Origin: an uncultured Chloroflexia bacterium
Lineage (GTDB): Bacteria; Chloroflexota; Limnocylindria; Limnocylindrales; CSP1-4
Reading direction: 5' to 3'
Length of the DNA: 64,000 nucleotides
NCBI GenBank assembly: GCA_963711105.1
Contig: CAVQCV010000005.1
Span: 262,415-326,414 of the forward strand
Translations under genes and position numbers: made by a program
Notes under the pieces: generated by a model
The model's input: the letters and a program-made list of their open reading frames with translations, nothing else
Told to the model about the DNA's origin: nothing
Databases searched by the model: none
Part shown: piece after piece, positions 39,688-49,532 of the stretch
Layout of the letters: every line of letters begins with the position of its first letter
Numbering within the stretch: position 1 is the stretch's first letter

Positions 39688-41079
39688 TCAGCCTTCCGGG
39701 CCCGCCTCCGACATCACGCCGGCCTCTCGCTGGGGCTGGTCTCCACGATCGGGCGGAACCTCCGGCACGCCGACCATGAATTGGCTGCCGCCGTAGCCGT
39801 TCGACTCCAGCCACACGCGGCCTCCCATGGCGTCCATGAGGCGCCGGGCGGCATACAGGCCGATGCCTGAACCGCGCGGGCGGGTGCCGGTCCGAACGTA
39901 GGCGTCGAACACCGCCGTCCACTCCGACTCGGGGATGCCGGGTCCGTCGTCGGTCACGTAGACCTGGATCTCGCCCTTTCGGCGCCATGCCCCGATGCTC
40001 ACCGGGCCGCCTTCCGGCGAGTACTTGACCTCGTTCTCGAGCAAGTGCTCCATGACCTGCCGGAACCGGCCTTCGTCGCCGAGGCCGCACAACGGTTCCC
40101 ACGTTCCATCGCGCCGGAGTGGATGCTCGCGCAGCAGCGGCGTCATTTCGGCGATCGTGTCGTTGACGGCTTTGGCGACGTCAAAGGGGGCTCGGGCCAG
40201 ACCGGCCGCCAGCCCTTCGCCGCGAACGCTGGCCAGGATCGAGTCGACCAGCCGGTCCAGCCGCGTGACCTGGCCGATGGCCTGGTCGCGCCACTCACCG
40301 ATCTGGGTGGCGCTGGCGTGCGGCACCGCCGCATCGATCGCGTCGGACGCGGCGTCGGCAAGGAGATCCAGATAGGCTCGCACGACCGCCAGGGGCGTGC
40401 GCAGCTCGTGCGTGACCACCGCCAGCAACTCGGCCCGAGCGGAGTCGAGCGCGGTGAGCGTCTCGACCTGCTCCTCGGCCTCGGCGGCCAGGCGGCCCTT
40501 CTCGACGATGCCGCCCAGGAGCGCCCCGATCGTGACCAGGAACTCGATCTCCTCCGTCGAGAAGACGCGGGTCTCGATCGCCTGGACGTTGATGACGCCG
40601 ATGACCCGGTCGTTCCATGGCAGCGGCACCGACAGCATCGACACGAACTGCGATTCGTCGAATCCGGGCACCCACTTGAACCGTGGGTCTGTGCGGACGT
40701 CGGGCGACTCGACGGGCCGGCCGATGAGAGCGGCGCGGCCGGTCAGGCCCTCGCCCAGGCTCATGGTGACCTTGCCGATCTGGTCGCGGTCCAGGCCGTT
40801 GGTGGCCGCCAGCCTCAAGCTCGAGCCGTCGCGGTCCATCAGGTAGACCGAGCACACCTCGACGTCCAGGGCGGTCGTCGTCCGGTCGACGATGGTCCGC
40901 ATCAGCTCGTCCCAGTCGCGCGCCGTCGTCAGGAGCTTGGCGAACTCGTGCAGGAACTCGAGCTCCCGAAGCTTCCGAGCCGCGTCGAAAGGCGCGGAGT
41001 CGCCATCGGCCAGAGCCGAGCCCGGGGGTCCCTCCGGCTCGAGCGCTTTGTCGTCGGGCGCGATCTCAGGTTCTGGCAT
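39688..41079 (-). CDS. Soluble GAF-domain sensor histidine kinase
   Basis: PtsP-like GAF (LAATNGL..GEGLTG), THELRTPL, KYSP, DDGPGIP and GSGIGL. Confidence 0.88.
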   Translation of the reverse strand: MPEPEIAPDDKALEPEGPPGSALADGDSAPFDAARKLRELEFLHEFAKLLTTARDWDELMRTIVDRTTTALDVEVCSVYLMDRDGSSLRLAATNGLDRDQIGKVTMSLGEGLTGRAALIGRPVESPDVRTDPRFKWVPGFDESQFVSMLSVPLPWNDRVIGVINVQAIETRVFSTEEIEFLVTIGALLGGIVEKGRLAAEAEEQVETLTALDSARAELLAVVTHELRTPLAVVRAYLDLLADAASDAIDAAVPHASATQIGEWRDQAIGQVTRLDRLVDSILASVRGEGLAAGLARAPFDVAKAVNDTIAEMTPLLREHPLRRDGTWEPLCGLGDEGRFRQVMEHLLENEVKYSPEGGPVSIGAWRRKGEIQVYVTDDGPGIPESEWTAVFDAYVRTGTRPRGSGIGLYAARRLMDAMGGRVWLESNGYGGSQFMVGVPEVPPDRGDQPQREAGVMSEAGPEG

Positions 41080-41139
41080 CGCGGGCGGCTGCCTCTAGCT
41101 CTTCCGGCCGGCGGGTCGCATCGACATGCTGCGACCGGG

Positions 41140-42423
41140 CTACCGGGCCACGGCCGGGGCGTCGTAGACCTTGGTCGGAAGCTCTTCGAGGAGCGGATCC
41201 GTCCAGGTCCAGGCCGCGCCGTGATGGCGTCCGACGGCGCCGTGGCGGGCAGCCTCGGTGCGCAGCGGCAGGCCGAAGATCTCGATGAAGCCGACGGCGG
41301 CGGCGTGGTCGTAGGCGTCGTCGGCCTCGTAGGTGGCCAGGGACTTGTCGTAGAGCGAGAGCGGGCTGCGCCGCCCGACGACGTTCGCGTTGCCGTGGTC
41401 GAGCCTGACTCTGACGTCGCCGCTGACGACCCGCTGGCTGCTGGCGGCATAGGCCCGCAAATCGCGGTGCAGGGCGCTGAACCAGAGACCGTCGTAAGTC
41501 AGCTGGGCTAGCTCGTCGGCCACGATCCGATTGAAGCGGAGCGTGTCCTTGGTGAGCGTCAGGCCCTCCAGGGCGCGGTGGGCCCGGTGAATGACGGTGG
41601 CCGCGGGCGCCTCGTAGATTTCGCGGCTCTTTATGCCGACGAGTCGATCTTCGACGTGATCCACGCGGCCGATGCCGTGCGCTCCCGCCAGGTCGTGGAG
41701 CTTCTCCACCAGCACGACCGGATCCAGCCGTTCGCCGTCGAGGGAGACCGGCACGCCGCCCTCGAAGCCGATCACGATCTCGACCGCGGCGGGCGCCTTG
41801 TCGGGATCGACCGTCCAGCGGTAGACGTCGGCCCGCGGCGCGGTCCACGGGTCCTCCAGGATGCCGGCTTCGATGGAGCGGCCCCACAGGTTCACGTCGA
41901 TCGAGTAGATCGACTCCTTGGAGATCGTGATCTCGATGTTGCGCGCCCTGGCGTACTCGATCTCCTCCTCGCGCGACAGGCCCATCCCGACTCGCATGGG
42001 GGCGATGACCGCCAGAGATGGATCGAGGGCGTGGGTCGCGACATCGAAGCGGACCTGGTCGTTGCCCTTGCCGGTGCAGCCGTGAGCGACGGCGTCGGCG
42101 CCTTCCTTGTGCGCGACCTCGACCAGGAGCTGGGCGATGAGCGGCCGGGCCATGGCCGTCGCGAGGGGGTAGACACCCTGGTAGAGCGCCCCGGCCTGGA
42201 CATGCGGCCAGCAGAAGTCGCGCACGAAACGCTCGCGGCCGTCGACGACATAGGCCCTGGAGGCGCCCGCGCTGATGGCGCGCCGATCCACGTCCTCCTT
42301 GAGAACGCCGCCGCCGAGGTCGACGGTCAGGGTGACGACTTCGACGTTGTACTGCTCGCGTAGCCAGGCTACGGCGACCGAGGTGTCGAGGCCACCGGAA
42401 TACGCGAGCACCACCTTGTTCAT
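41140..42423 (-). CDS. argG: Argininosuccinate synthase
   Basis: LAYSGGLDTS, HGCTGKGNDQVRF, SIDVNLWGRSIE and GIKSREIYEAP. Confidence 0.97.
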   Translation of the reverse strand: MNKVVLAYSGGLDTSVAVAWLREQYNVEVVTLTVDLGGGVLKEDVDRRAISAGASRAYVVDGRERFVRDFCWPHVQAGALYQGVYPLATAMARPLIAQLLVEVAHKEGADAVAHGCTGKGNDQVRFDVATHALDPSLAVIAPMRVGMGLSREEEIEYARARNIEITISKESIYSIDVNLWGRSIEAGILEDPWTAPRADVYRWTVDPDKAPAAVEIVIGFEGGVPVSLDGERLDPVVLVEKLHDLAGAHGIGRVDHVEDRLVGIKSREIYEAPAATVIHRAHRALEGLTLTKDTLRFNRIVADELAQLTYDGLWFSALHRDLRAYAASSQRVVSGDVRVRLDHGNANVVGRRSPLSLYDKSLATYEADDAYDHAAAVGFIEIFGLPLRTEAARHGAVGRHHGAAWTWTDPLLEELPTKVYDAPAVAR

Positions 42424-42980
42424 CGAGGAGCCTCCGAATGAGCGACCCGGCCGCCGGCCGGGCTAGGTCGTCCAATCGGCATCGCCGACTCGTCCGACGG
42501 TTGGAATGTCTGGAAGCGGACCAGCCACCGCTTGAGGGCGGCCTCGGTCTCGAAAAGAACCAGCAGGGTGTTGTCACCGGCCAGCGTCCCGACCTGCTCT
42601 TCCATGCTCGACTGGTCGATGGCCTGGGCGATTGCGCCGGCCGATCCCGGAGTCGCCAGCAGGACCAGGCTGAGCCCGCTGCGGCCCACGCGGACGGGGA
42701 TGTCCTCCAGCAGCCGGCGCAGGCGGGCGTCGTAGGCGTTGCCCCCGGCTGCCGATTCCGGGAGGACGTAGCGGTGGCCGTCGCTGCGGGGCGCCTTGAC
42801 CAGGCCCAGCTCCGTGATGTCGCGGCTGACCGTCGCCTGGGTCACCTCGAAGCCACGATCCCGCAGCAGCTCCGCCAGCTCCTCCTGGCTGCCGATCGGC
42901 GACCGGGCGATCAGATCCAGGATGGTCCGCTGCCGGCGCTGTTTGGTATTCGTCGGCCCGCCGTTCATGACCATGGCCAC
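42420..42980 (-). CDS. argR: Arginine repressor
   Basis: SQEELA, VTQATVSRDI.EL and GTLAGDNT. Confidence 0.95.
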   Translation of the reverse strand: MAMVMNGGPTNTKQRRQRTILDLIARSPIGSQEELAELLRDRGFEVTQATVSRDITELGLVKAPRSDGHRYVLPESAAGGNAYDARLRRLLEDIPVRVGRSGLSLVLLATPGSAGAIAQAIDQSSMEEQVGTLAGDNTLLVLFETEAALKRWLVRFQTFQPSDESAMPIGRPSPAGGRVAHSEAPR

Positions 42981-42984
42981 GTTC

Positions 42985-43809
42985 CTAGCCCCGTCCGGCC
43001 GGACCGGAGCCGGTGCCCCGGCCGGCGGCAGCGGTCTCGGTGTCCCGGGCCGAGGTGATCCTGGTGCCGAACGTCGGGTCGTCCAGGGCCCGGCTCAGGG
43101 CATGCGGATCCTTCGAATCGCAGATGACGGCTTCGGCGCCCTGCCAGTTCACCGCTTGCAGGGCGGCCCTGATCTTGGGCACCATGCCGCCCTTGATGAC
43201 GCCGTCGGCGATCAGGGCCTCGGCCCCGTCGGCGCTGATGGTGTCGATCTTCGCGCCGTCCGCTCCGCGCAACCCGTCCACGTCGGTCATGAGGACCAGC
43301 TGGCGGGCGCCGAGCCCGGCGGCTATCCCGGCCGCCGCGTCGTCGGCGTTGACGTTGCAGACGATGCCCTCTTCGTCGCGGGCGAGGGGCGCCACCACGG
43401 CGATCTGTCCGGCCACGAGCAGGGAGTCGAGGAAGTCGCGGCGGACGCCGACGACGTGGGCCACAAGCCCGAGGCCGGGCACCCGCTCGGCGATCATGAA
43501 ACCGCCGTCCACGCCCGAGAGGCCCACCGCGTCGACACCGCGGTCTCGCAGGTCGGAGACCAGTTCCGAGTTCACCACGCCGCGAAGAACCGCTGCGGCC
43601 ACTTCCAGCGCGGCCTGATCGGTGACCCGCAGGCCGCCTTCGAACTTGCTCGGCACGCCGAGCCGCTCCAGCCACTCCGTGATGCGCTTGCCGCCGCCGT
43701 GGACAAGGATCACCGGGCGCTTTCGTGCCACGGCCGCCACCTCGTCAAGGACGTGGGCCTGGTCGGCGAGCGTCGTACCGCCGAGCTTGAGGACGAGGAC
43801 TTCGCTCAC
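42985..43809 (-). CDS. argB: Acetylglutamate kinase
   Basis: VLKLGG, VHGGG, GLRVTD, NVNAD and GGMVPKI. GTGA overlap with argJ. Confidence 0.95.
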   Translation of the reverse strand: MSEVLVLKLGGTTLADQAHVLDEVAAVARKRPVILVHGGGKRITEWLERLGVPSKFEGGLRVTDQAALEVAAAVLRGVVNSELVSDLRDRGVDAVGLSGVDGGFMIAERVPGLGLVAHVVGVRRDFLDSLLVAGQIAVVAPLARDEEGIVCNVNADDAAAGIAAGLGARQLVLMTDVDGLRGADGAKIDTISADGAEALIADGVIKGGMVPKIRAALQAVNWQGAEAVICDSKDPHALSRALDDPTFGTRITSARDTETAAAGRGTGSGPAGRG

Positions 43810-45167
43810 GTGGTGTACTCCGCGTTCTCGATGACGTATTGCTCGGTCAGGTCGCAGCCGAAAGCCTCGCCGCTGCCGTTGCCCAGGCCCAGGTCGAGGC
43901 GGATCAGCACTTCGGGCGAGTCCATGGCCCGGCGGGTCGCATCGCGGTCGAACTCGATCGGGTGGCCGGCGAAGACGAGTGTCCCGGCGATGGCGATCCG
44001 CAGCCGCTCGAGGTCCAGTTCCGGCCGCCGGCCGGCCCTCGGCATGGCCTCGGTGTGATGAAGACCGGCCGCTTCGAGCAGCTCCTCGTCCGGGAGCCGA
44101 GTGTTGCCGGCGGCGCTGGCCACGCGGCCCCAGTTGGGGTCGCGGCCGTGGACCGCGGCCTTGAGCAGGCTGCTGGTGATCACGGAGCGGGCGATGGCCC
44201 GAGCGTCGTGGTCGTCGGCCGCGCCGCTCACCTGGCAGGCGATGAGCGTGGACGCGCCCTCTCCGTCGGCGGCTTGCTGGCGGGCCAGCGACCGAGCCAC
44301 GGCCTCTATCGCGCCGCCGAGCAATGTCGCCTCCAGGCTGGCCGCAGCGACCTTCGCCCCGGAGGCCCCGGAGGCGAGCAGGAAGACCGTGTCGTTGGTG
44401 CTGGTATCGCCGTCGACGCTGAGCTGGTTCCAGGTCCGCTGCACGATCGGGGCGAGGAGTGCATTCAGCGTCTGAGGTGCCACGGCGGCATCGGTCAGGA
44501 CGACGCTCAGCATCGTGGCCATGCGCGGATGGATCATGCCCACGCCCTTGGCGATGCCGGACACGGTGACCTCGACCGGGGCGCCATCCGCGCCGGGCAG
44601 CTCCACGGTCGCGGTGGCGAGCTTGATCTTCGTGTCGGTCGTCATCATCGCCCCGGCCACCGCCGCGAGTCCGTCGTCGGCCGTGACCAGCTGCGCTGCC
44701 AGGCCGGCGATGCCGGCACGAACCCTGTCGACGGGGAGGCGCACGCCGATGACCCCGGTGGAGAGGGCCAGAGTCCGCTCGGCCGTGGTACCGAGCGCGC
44801 TCGCGAGGGCCTTGCAGATGTCGCGCTGGTCGATGTCGCCTTCCGAACCGGTGGCCGCGTTCGCGGAACCGGCGGTAACGATGATGGCGTCCGCCCAACC
44901 GTAGCGCCCGCCCCCGCCGATCTCGGTGGCGTTGAGATGGGCCTGGGAAACGCGGATCGGCGCGGCCACGACCTGGTTTCGGGTGAACACGGCCGCCACG
45001 GCCGCCGAGTTGCCGGTGACGGCCACGATGCCAAGGTCCGGCCGGCCGGACGGTTTGATGCCGGCGGTGGTGCCGCCCGCCTTGAACCCCGCCGGCATGG
45101 CCGCGCGTGGCGTGACCGCCGGCAGCGTGCTCGGCAGCGCCTGGAGTTCTGTGGTGCCGGACGCCAT
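43806..45167 (-). CDS. argJ: Ornithine acetyltransferase ArgJ
   Basis: MTTDT, KGVGMIHPRMATML, DGDTSTND, DGEGAS and DPNWGR. Confidence 0.96.
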   Translation of the reverse strand: MASGTTELQALPSTLPAVTPRAAMPAGFKAGGTTAGIKPSGRPDLGIVAVTGNSAAVAAVFTRNQVVAAPIRVSQAHLNATEIGGGGRYGWADAIIVTAGSANAATGSEGDIDQRDICKALASALGTTAERTLALSTGVIGVRLPVDRVRAGIAGLAAQLVTADDGLAAVAGAMMTTDTKIKLATATVELPGADGAPVEVTVSGIAKGVGMIHPRMATMLSVVLTDAAVAPQTLNALLAPIVQRTWNQLSVDGDTSTNDTVFLLASGASGAKVAAASLEATLLGGAIEAVARSLARQQAADGEGASTLIACQVSGAADDHDARAIARSVITSSLLKAAVHGRDPNWGRVASAAGNTRLPDEELLEAAGLHHTEAMPRAGRRPELDLERLRIAIAGTLVFAGHPIEFDRDATRRAMDSPEVLIRLDLGLGNGSGEAFGCDLTEQYVIENAEYTT

Positions 45168-45182
45168 CGAAACCTCCGAGAG

Positions 45183-46337
45183 CTAGGGGGCGACCGGATA
45201 CTGCTCGAGACCGGCGGTCTCAGGCAGGCCGAAGAGCACGTTCAGCGCCTGAACCGCCTGGCCGGCCGCCCCTTTGACCAGGTTGTCGATCACACCCAGA
45301 GCCAGGATGCGGCCGGTGCGCTGGTCGACACGGCACCACACACGGCAGGTATTGCTGCCGTACACGTGCCTGGTCCAGGGCGGATCGGATACGACCTGGA
45401 CGAAGGGTTCGTCGCGATAGGCCTCGGCATACAGCGCGTCCAGCTCGGCCTGGGCGACTGGCCTGGTGGGCCGGACGTGACAGCTCGACAGGATGCCGCG
45501 TGTCATGGGAATGAGGTGCGGCAGGAACTCTACGGCGGCTACTCCGGGGTTGGCCTCTCGGCTGCCCATCGCGCCTCGCTCCCCCAGCTGTTGGAGCTCC
45601 TGCTCCATTTCGGCCGTGTGGCGGTGGTTGAACACCCCGTAGGCTTTGACGTTCTCGTTGACCTCGGCGAAGAGCATGCCCGGCTTGGGCTCGCGGCCGG
45701 CTCCGGAGACGCCGCTCTTGGCGTCCACGACCAGATCGCCTATGAGTCCGGCTCGGGCCAGCGGCGCCAGGGTCAGGATCGCCGCGGTGGGGTAGCAGCC
45801 GGGCAGGCCGATCACGGTCGCGGCCTTGTCCGCCGCGGCCCGGATCTCGTCGCGATGAAGCTCCGGCAGGCCGTACACGGCCTGGGCGAGAAGATCCGGC
45901 GCGGGATGGTCGAACTTGTACCAGCGCGGGTAGTCGGCCGGATCGTGGAGCCGAAAATCCGGGCCGACGTCGAGCAGCGCGGTTCCGGCGGCCACGATCT
46001 CGGCGGCCATGGAGGCGGCCACGCCGTGAGGCAGGGCGGTGAAGATGGCGTCGGCCCGAGGCATGGCCTGGTCGATGGCCAGTCCGCTGGCCGCGAGGTG
46101 GGGGTGCGATTCGGCGATCGGCACGCTGTCCCGATTGCGTCCCCACAGGCCGGCCAGGCGGACGTTCGGATGACCCAGCAGGAGGCGGACGAGCTCGCCG
46201 CCCGCGTAGCCGGTCGCGCCGACCACGCCGACGCTGACGGTCGGCTTGCCGCCGCGAGCCCGGGCGGCCTTCGGGCCCAGGGCAGCCTGAGTAGAGGACG
46301 TGGCCGTGCCGTCGGAGCGCGAATCTGTAGTGGTCAT
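45183..46337 (-). CDS. argC: N-acetyl-gamma-glutamyl-phosphate reductase
   Basis: GATGYAG, YGLPEL, PGCYPT, SGVSGAGR and DNLVKGAAGQAVQ. Confidence 0.96.
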   Translation of the reverse strand: MTTTDSRSDGTATSSTQAALGPKAARARGGKPTVSVGVVGATGYAGGELVRLLLGHPNVRLAGLWGRNRDSVPIAESHPHLAASGLAIDQAMPRADAIFTALPHGVAASMAAEIVAAGTALLDVGPDFRLHDPADYPRWYKFDHPAPDLLAQAVYGLPELHRDEIRAAADKAATVIGLPGCYPTAAILTLAPLARAGLIGDLVVDAKSGVSGAGREPKPGMLFAEVNENVKAYGVFNHRHTAEMEQELQQLGERGAMGSREANPGVAAVEFLPHLIPMTRGILSSCHVRPTRPVAQAELDALYAEAYRDEPFVQVVSDPPWTRHVYGSNTCRVWCRVDQRTGRILALGVIDNLVKGAAGQAVQALNVLFGLPETAGLEQYPVAP

Positions 46338-46345
46338 GGCCGCAG

Positions 46346-46375
46346 ATTATACGATGCAATGAATAGTCATGCAAG
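46346..46375 (-). promoter_or_regulatory. argC promoter (-35 TTGCAT, 17 nt, -10 TATAAT) overlapped by an ARG box
   Basis: atgaatagtcatgcaa (46359-46374) matches TGAATA-N3-ATGCA; AT-rich island in GC-rich DNA. Confidence 0.85.
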
Positions 46376-46424
46376 AACCTTGGCGCTGGTCGGGGACCCG
46401 GCAATGCCGTGGCCGGTCGGCCGG

Positions 46425-47135
46425 CTACACGTACCGGGCCGCCACCAGGAGGACCCACGAAACCATGAACCAGTGAAGCAGGAAGCCCCATATGAAGGAC
46501 CTGGTCCGCCAGGCGAGGATGCCGAAGAAGGCGCCCCCTAGAATCGTCGAGAGTTGCTCCAGCTCCGGCTTCCAGAGGTGCATGAGCACGAAGGGGATGG
46601 TCTGGAGCCAGATGGCGTCCGAGCCGTACTTGCGGCCGAACGTCCACAGCAGCCAGCCTCGGAAGAAGAACTCCCAGGCGAACATGTCCAGGCCGGACTC
46701 GAGGACGAGCTGCCAGGCAGGGCGGCCCAGGATCAGGGGTTCGTAGTAGACGCGAAAGTCGGATTGCTGGCCCAGGATCCAGATGACCGGGGCCAGGATC
46801 GCGATCCCGGCGATCGTTACCGGCAGGCCCAGCCGCCAGTCGCCGAGCGTCAGGCCGTATTCGCGTGGGCTCTCGCGCCAGATGAAGACCACCACCGCGA
46901 ACGGCAGCAGGAACTCCAGGAGGAAGCGCTCGTACTCGCCCTGGGCGAAGTGGTTGTTGAAGGCGACGAGCAGGATGAGCAGCGCCAGGGCGACCGTCCC
47001 GGCGAGGCGCGCGTCGAAGTCGACGCCCCAAAGGCGCAACTGGCGGGCGCCCGGCGGCGTGACGCTTCCACTTGACTCGGTCGATTCGGCCCGCACGGCC
47101 ACGCGCCTCCTTGATCGATTCCGCTTGAACGGCAA
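46425..47135 (-). CDS. CPBP (CAAX protease/Abi) family membrane metalloprotease
   Basis: WEFFFRG, F.LMH..K and G..LHW. Confidence 0.85.
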   Translation of the reverse strand: MPFKRNRSRRRVAVRAESTESSGSVTPPGARQLRLWGVDFDARLAGTVALALLILLVAFNNHFAQGEYERFLLEFLLPFAVVVFIWRESPREYGLTLGDWRLGLPVTIAGIAILAPVIWILGQQSDFRVYYEPLILGRPAWQLVLESGLDMFAWEFFFRGWLLWTFGRKYGSDAIWLQTIPFVLMHLWKPELEQLSTILGGAFFGILAWRTRSFIWGFLLHWFMVSWVLLVAARYV

Positions 47136-47256
47136 TGTCGAGGCCCGTCGAGGACGGGGCGGTTGCGATCGGCGGCCGAATCATACCGGGCAGCCGCCGG
47201 GCGGCGCGGGCAGCGCGACGAGTTGCACGCCGGTGGAGTAGTCGCCGGCCCGAGCC

Positions 47257-49407
47257 TTACCTCGCCGACAGGGCCGCCCGGTCGGCTTGCTGCGGCTCCC
47301 GGAACTGCTCGTGATACAGCCTGGCGTAGAGCCCGCCGATGTTGAGCAGCTCACTATGGCTGCCGCGCTCCACGATCCGGCCGCGGTCGAAGACCAGGAT
47401 CAGGTCGGCGCGCAGGATCGTGGAAAGCCGGTGCGCCACGGCGATCGTGGTCCGTCCGGCTTCGAGGCCTTCGAGGGCCTGCTGGATCAGCCGCTCGGAC
47501 GTGGTGTCGAGCGCGGACGTGGCTTCGTCAAGGATCAGAATCCGTGGATCCTTGAGCAGAACGCGGGCGATGGCGATGCGCTGCTTCTCACCGCCCGACA
47601 GCTTGTAGCCCCGCTCTCCGACGACCGTGTCGTAGCCGTCTGGCAACTCCATGATGCGCTCATGGATCGCGGCCGCCCGCGCCGCCGCCTCGATCTCGGG
47701 ATCGCTGGCCAGCGGCCTGGCGTAGCGCAGGTTCTCCTTGATGGTGGTGTGGAAGAGGTATGTCTCCTGGGTCACGAAGCCCACGACGTCCGTCAGGGAG
47801 CACATCTTGACCCGGCGGACGTCCACGCCGTCGATCTCGACGGAGCCGCGCCCGACGTCGTACAGGCGGGCGATGAGATACGTCGTCGTTGTCTTGCCGG
47901 ACCCGGACGGACCCACCAGCGCGACCAGCTGGCCAGCTTCCGCGGCGAAATCGATGCCGTGCAAGGCGAATGCATGGGGCGCACCGGCCGATCCGGCGCT
48001 CCCGCCGGCCGGGTTGCCGACGGCCGGGCCTTCGGCTCCAGGCGCGACTTCGACCCCGTCCGAATCCGGAGACGCCATCGGCGCATCGACGCCTGGCCCG
48101 GTCTCGGCGCCTCCCGCCGCGTGCTTCTCGCCCTGATGTCGGGCGTGCCAGCTCGTCCGCACGGATGGGCTGGAGCGGACCGGCTCGTCCGTTTCGTCGG
48201 CGAAGCTATCCTCGCCCGCGACTGCCTCCCCGCGGGACGGGTATCGGAACGAGACGTCTCGGAATCGGATGCTGCCGTTGGCTGCACCTTTGTACAGGGC
48301 CACCGCGTCGGGCGCATCCTTGATCTCGGGCTCCATCTCGAGGTACTCGAAGATCCGATCGAACAGCGCCAGCGCCCCCTGGAGCTCCACCTGGACGTTG
48401 AGCAGCTGGCCGAGAGGGAAGAAGAGCCGGCTCTGGAGGGTGGTGAAGGCGACGATGTCGCCGATGGTGGGCGGGTGGGGATCGTGGTTGATGGCCAGGT
48501 AGCCGGCCAGCCAGTACACGAAGGCGGGGATGATCGACATGATCGTCCCGATCAGCGCGAAGAACCAGCGGCCGACCATGGCCTGGCGAACCTGGTTCGC
48601 GGCCAGGCGCTTGTTCAGCTCATCGAAGTGCTCGAGCGAGGCCTGCTGGGCGCCGAAGGTCTTGGACAGCAGGATGCCGCTGACGCTGAGCGTCTCCTCG
48701 GTTGCGGCAGACATTTCGGCGAGAGACTTCTGGACTTCAGTGGAGGCCGCCCGCCGGACCTTGCCGACGCGGTTGGCGACGAAGGCGAATATGGGCAGCA
48801 TCGCCAGGGACAGCGCCGTCAGGCGCCAGTCGATGAACAGCATGGCCACGATCGTGCTCACGACCACGGCCACGTTGCTGGTGATGCTGGCCGCCGTATC
48901 CGTTACGACCGACTGGATGCCGCCCACGTCGTTGGTCAGCCGGCTCTGGATTTCGCCGGTCCGCGTATCGGTGAAGAAGCGCAGCGGCATGGCCTGGAGG
49001 TGCCGGTACAGGGCGCTCCGCAGATCCCTCATCACGCTCTGCCCGACGACGTTGTTGACATAGCTCTGGGCGACGCCGATCAAGCTGCTGACGATCGGAA
49101 TCACGATCATCAGGGCCACGAACGTGTTCAGCAGAAGCCAGTCGCGGTGGCCGATGGCGACGTCGATGAGCAGCTTGAGCAGGATGGGGTTGATGACGCC
49201 CAGGAAGCTGGTTGCCAGGATGGCGACCAGCACGAACAGGATCTTGGACCTGTATGGAGCGAAGAACGGCAGGACCTTGCGCGCGGTCCGGCGGCGCGGC
49301 ACGCCCGCCGTCGTGGGTGGATCGGGACGCAGCGTGGAAGTGGAGAAGCGGCGGAAGCCGCCTCCGCCGCCTCCGCCGACGCGGCCGGCCCCGCTTGGGA
49401 AGCTCAT
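47257..49407 (-). CDS. MsbA-like fused ABC transporter (TMD+NBD)
   Basis: TGEIQSRL, GPSGSGKTT, LSGGEKQR, DEATSALD and AHRLST; low-complexity insertion in the NBD. Confidence 0.93.
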   Translation of the reverse strand: MSFPSGAGRVGGGGGGGFRRFSTSTLRPDPPTTAGVPRRRTARKVLPFFAPYRSKILFVLVAILATSFLGVINPILLKLLIDVAIGHRDWLLLNTFVALMIVIPIVSSLIGVAQSYVNNVVGQSVMRDLRSALYRHLQAMPLRFFTDTRTGEIQSRLTNDVGGIQSVVTDTAASITSNVAVVVSTIVAMLFIDWRLTALSLAMLPIFAFVANRVGKVRRAASTEVQKSLAEMSAATEETLSVSGILLSKTFGAQQASLEHFDELNKRLAANQVRQAMVGRWFFALIGTIMSIIPAFVYWLAGYLAINHDPHPPTIGDIVAFTTLQSRLFFPLGQLLNVQVELQGALALFDRIFEYLEMEPEIKDAPDAVALYKGAANGSIRFRDVSFRYPSRGEAVAGEDSFADETDEPVRSSPSVRTSWHARHQGEKHAAGGAETGPGVDAPMASPDSDGVEVAPGAEGPAVGNPAGGSAGSAGAPHAFALHGIDFAAEAGQLVALVGPSGSGKTTTTYLIARLYDVGRGSVEIDGVDVRRVKMCSLTDVVGFVTQETYLFHTTIKENLRYARPLASDPEIEAAARAAAIHERIMELPDGYDTVVGERGYKLSGGEKQRIAIARVLLKDPRILILDEATSALDTTSERLIQQALEGLEAGRTTIAVAHRLSTILRADLILVFDRGRIVERGSHSELLNIGGLYARLYHEQFREPQQADRAALSAR

Positions 49408-49532
49408 TCACCCAGGCTAGCAGGGGGCGTTCCGCGCCGCTGAGCACGGAGTCCGCGAGCCGCGCCATGCCACCGAGCGCGAGCCGCGGCAGGCGCCGAG
49501 CGCGGGCGGCGGCAGGCCGCCGAAGGCTGAGA

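Noticed and set aside
43839-46541. Very long alternative ORFs (900 aa here; also 15515-17914, 47287-49443, and the extensions 25598-27988 and 33702-36332)
   Set aside because: Antisense or off-frame shadows of real genes, expected from stop-codon scarcity in high-GC DNA; no protein motifs.
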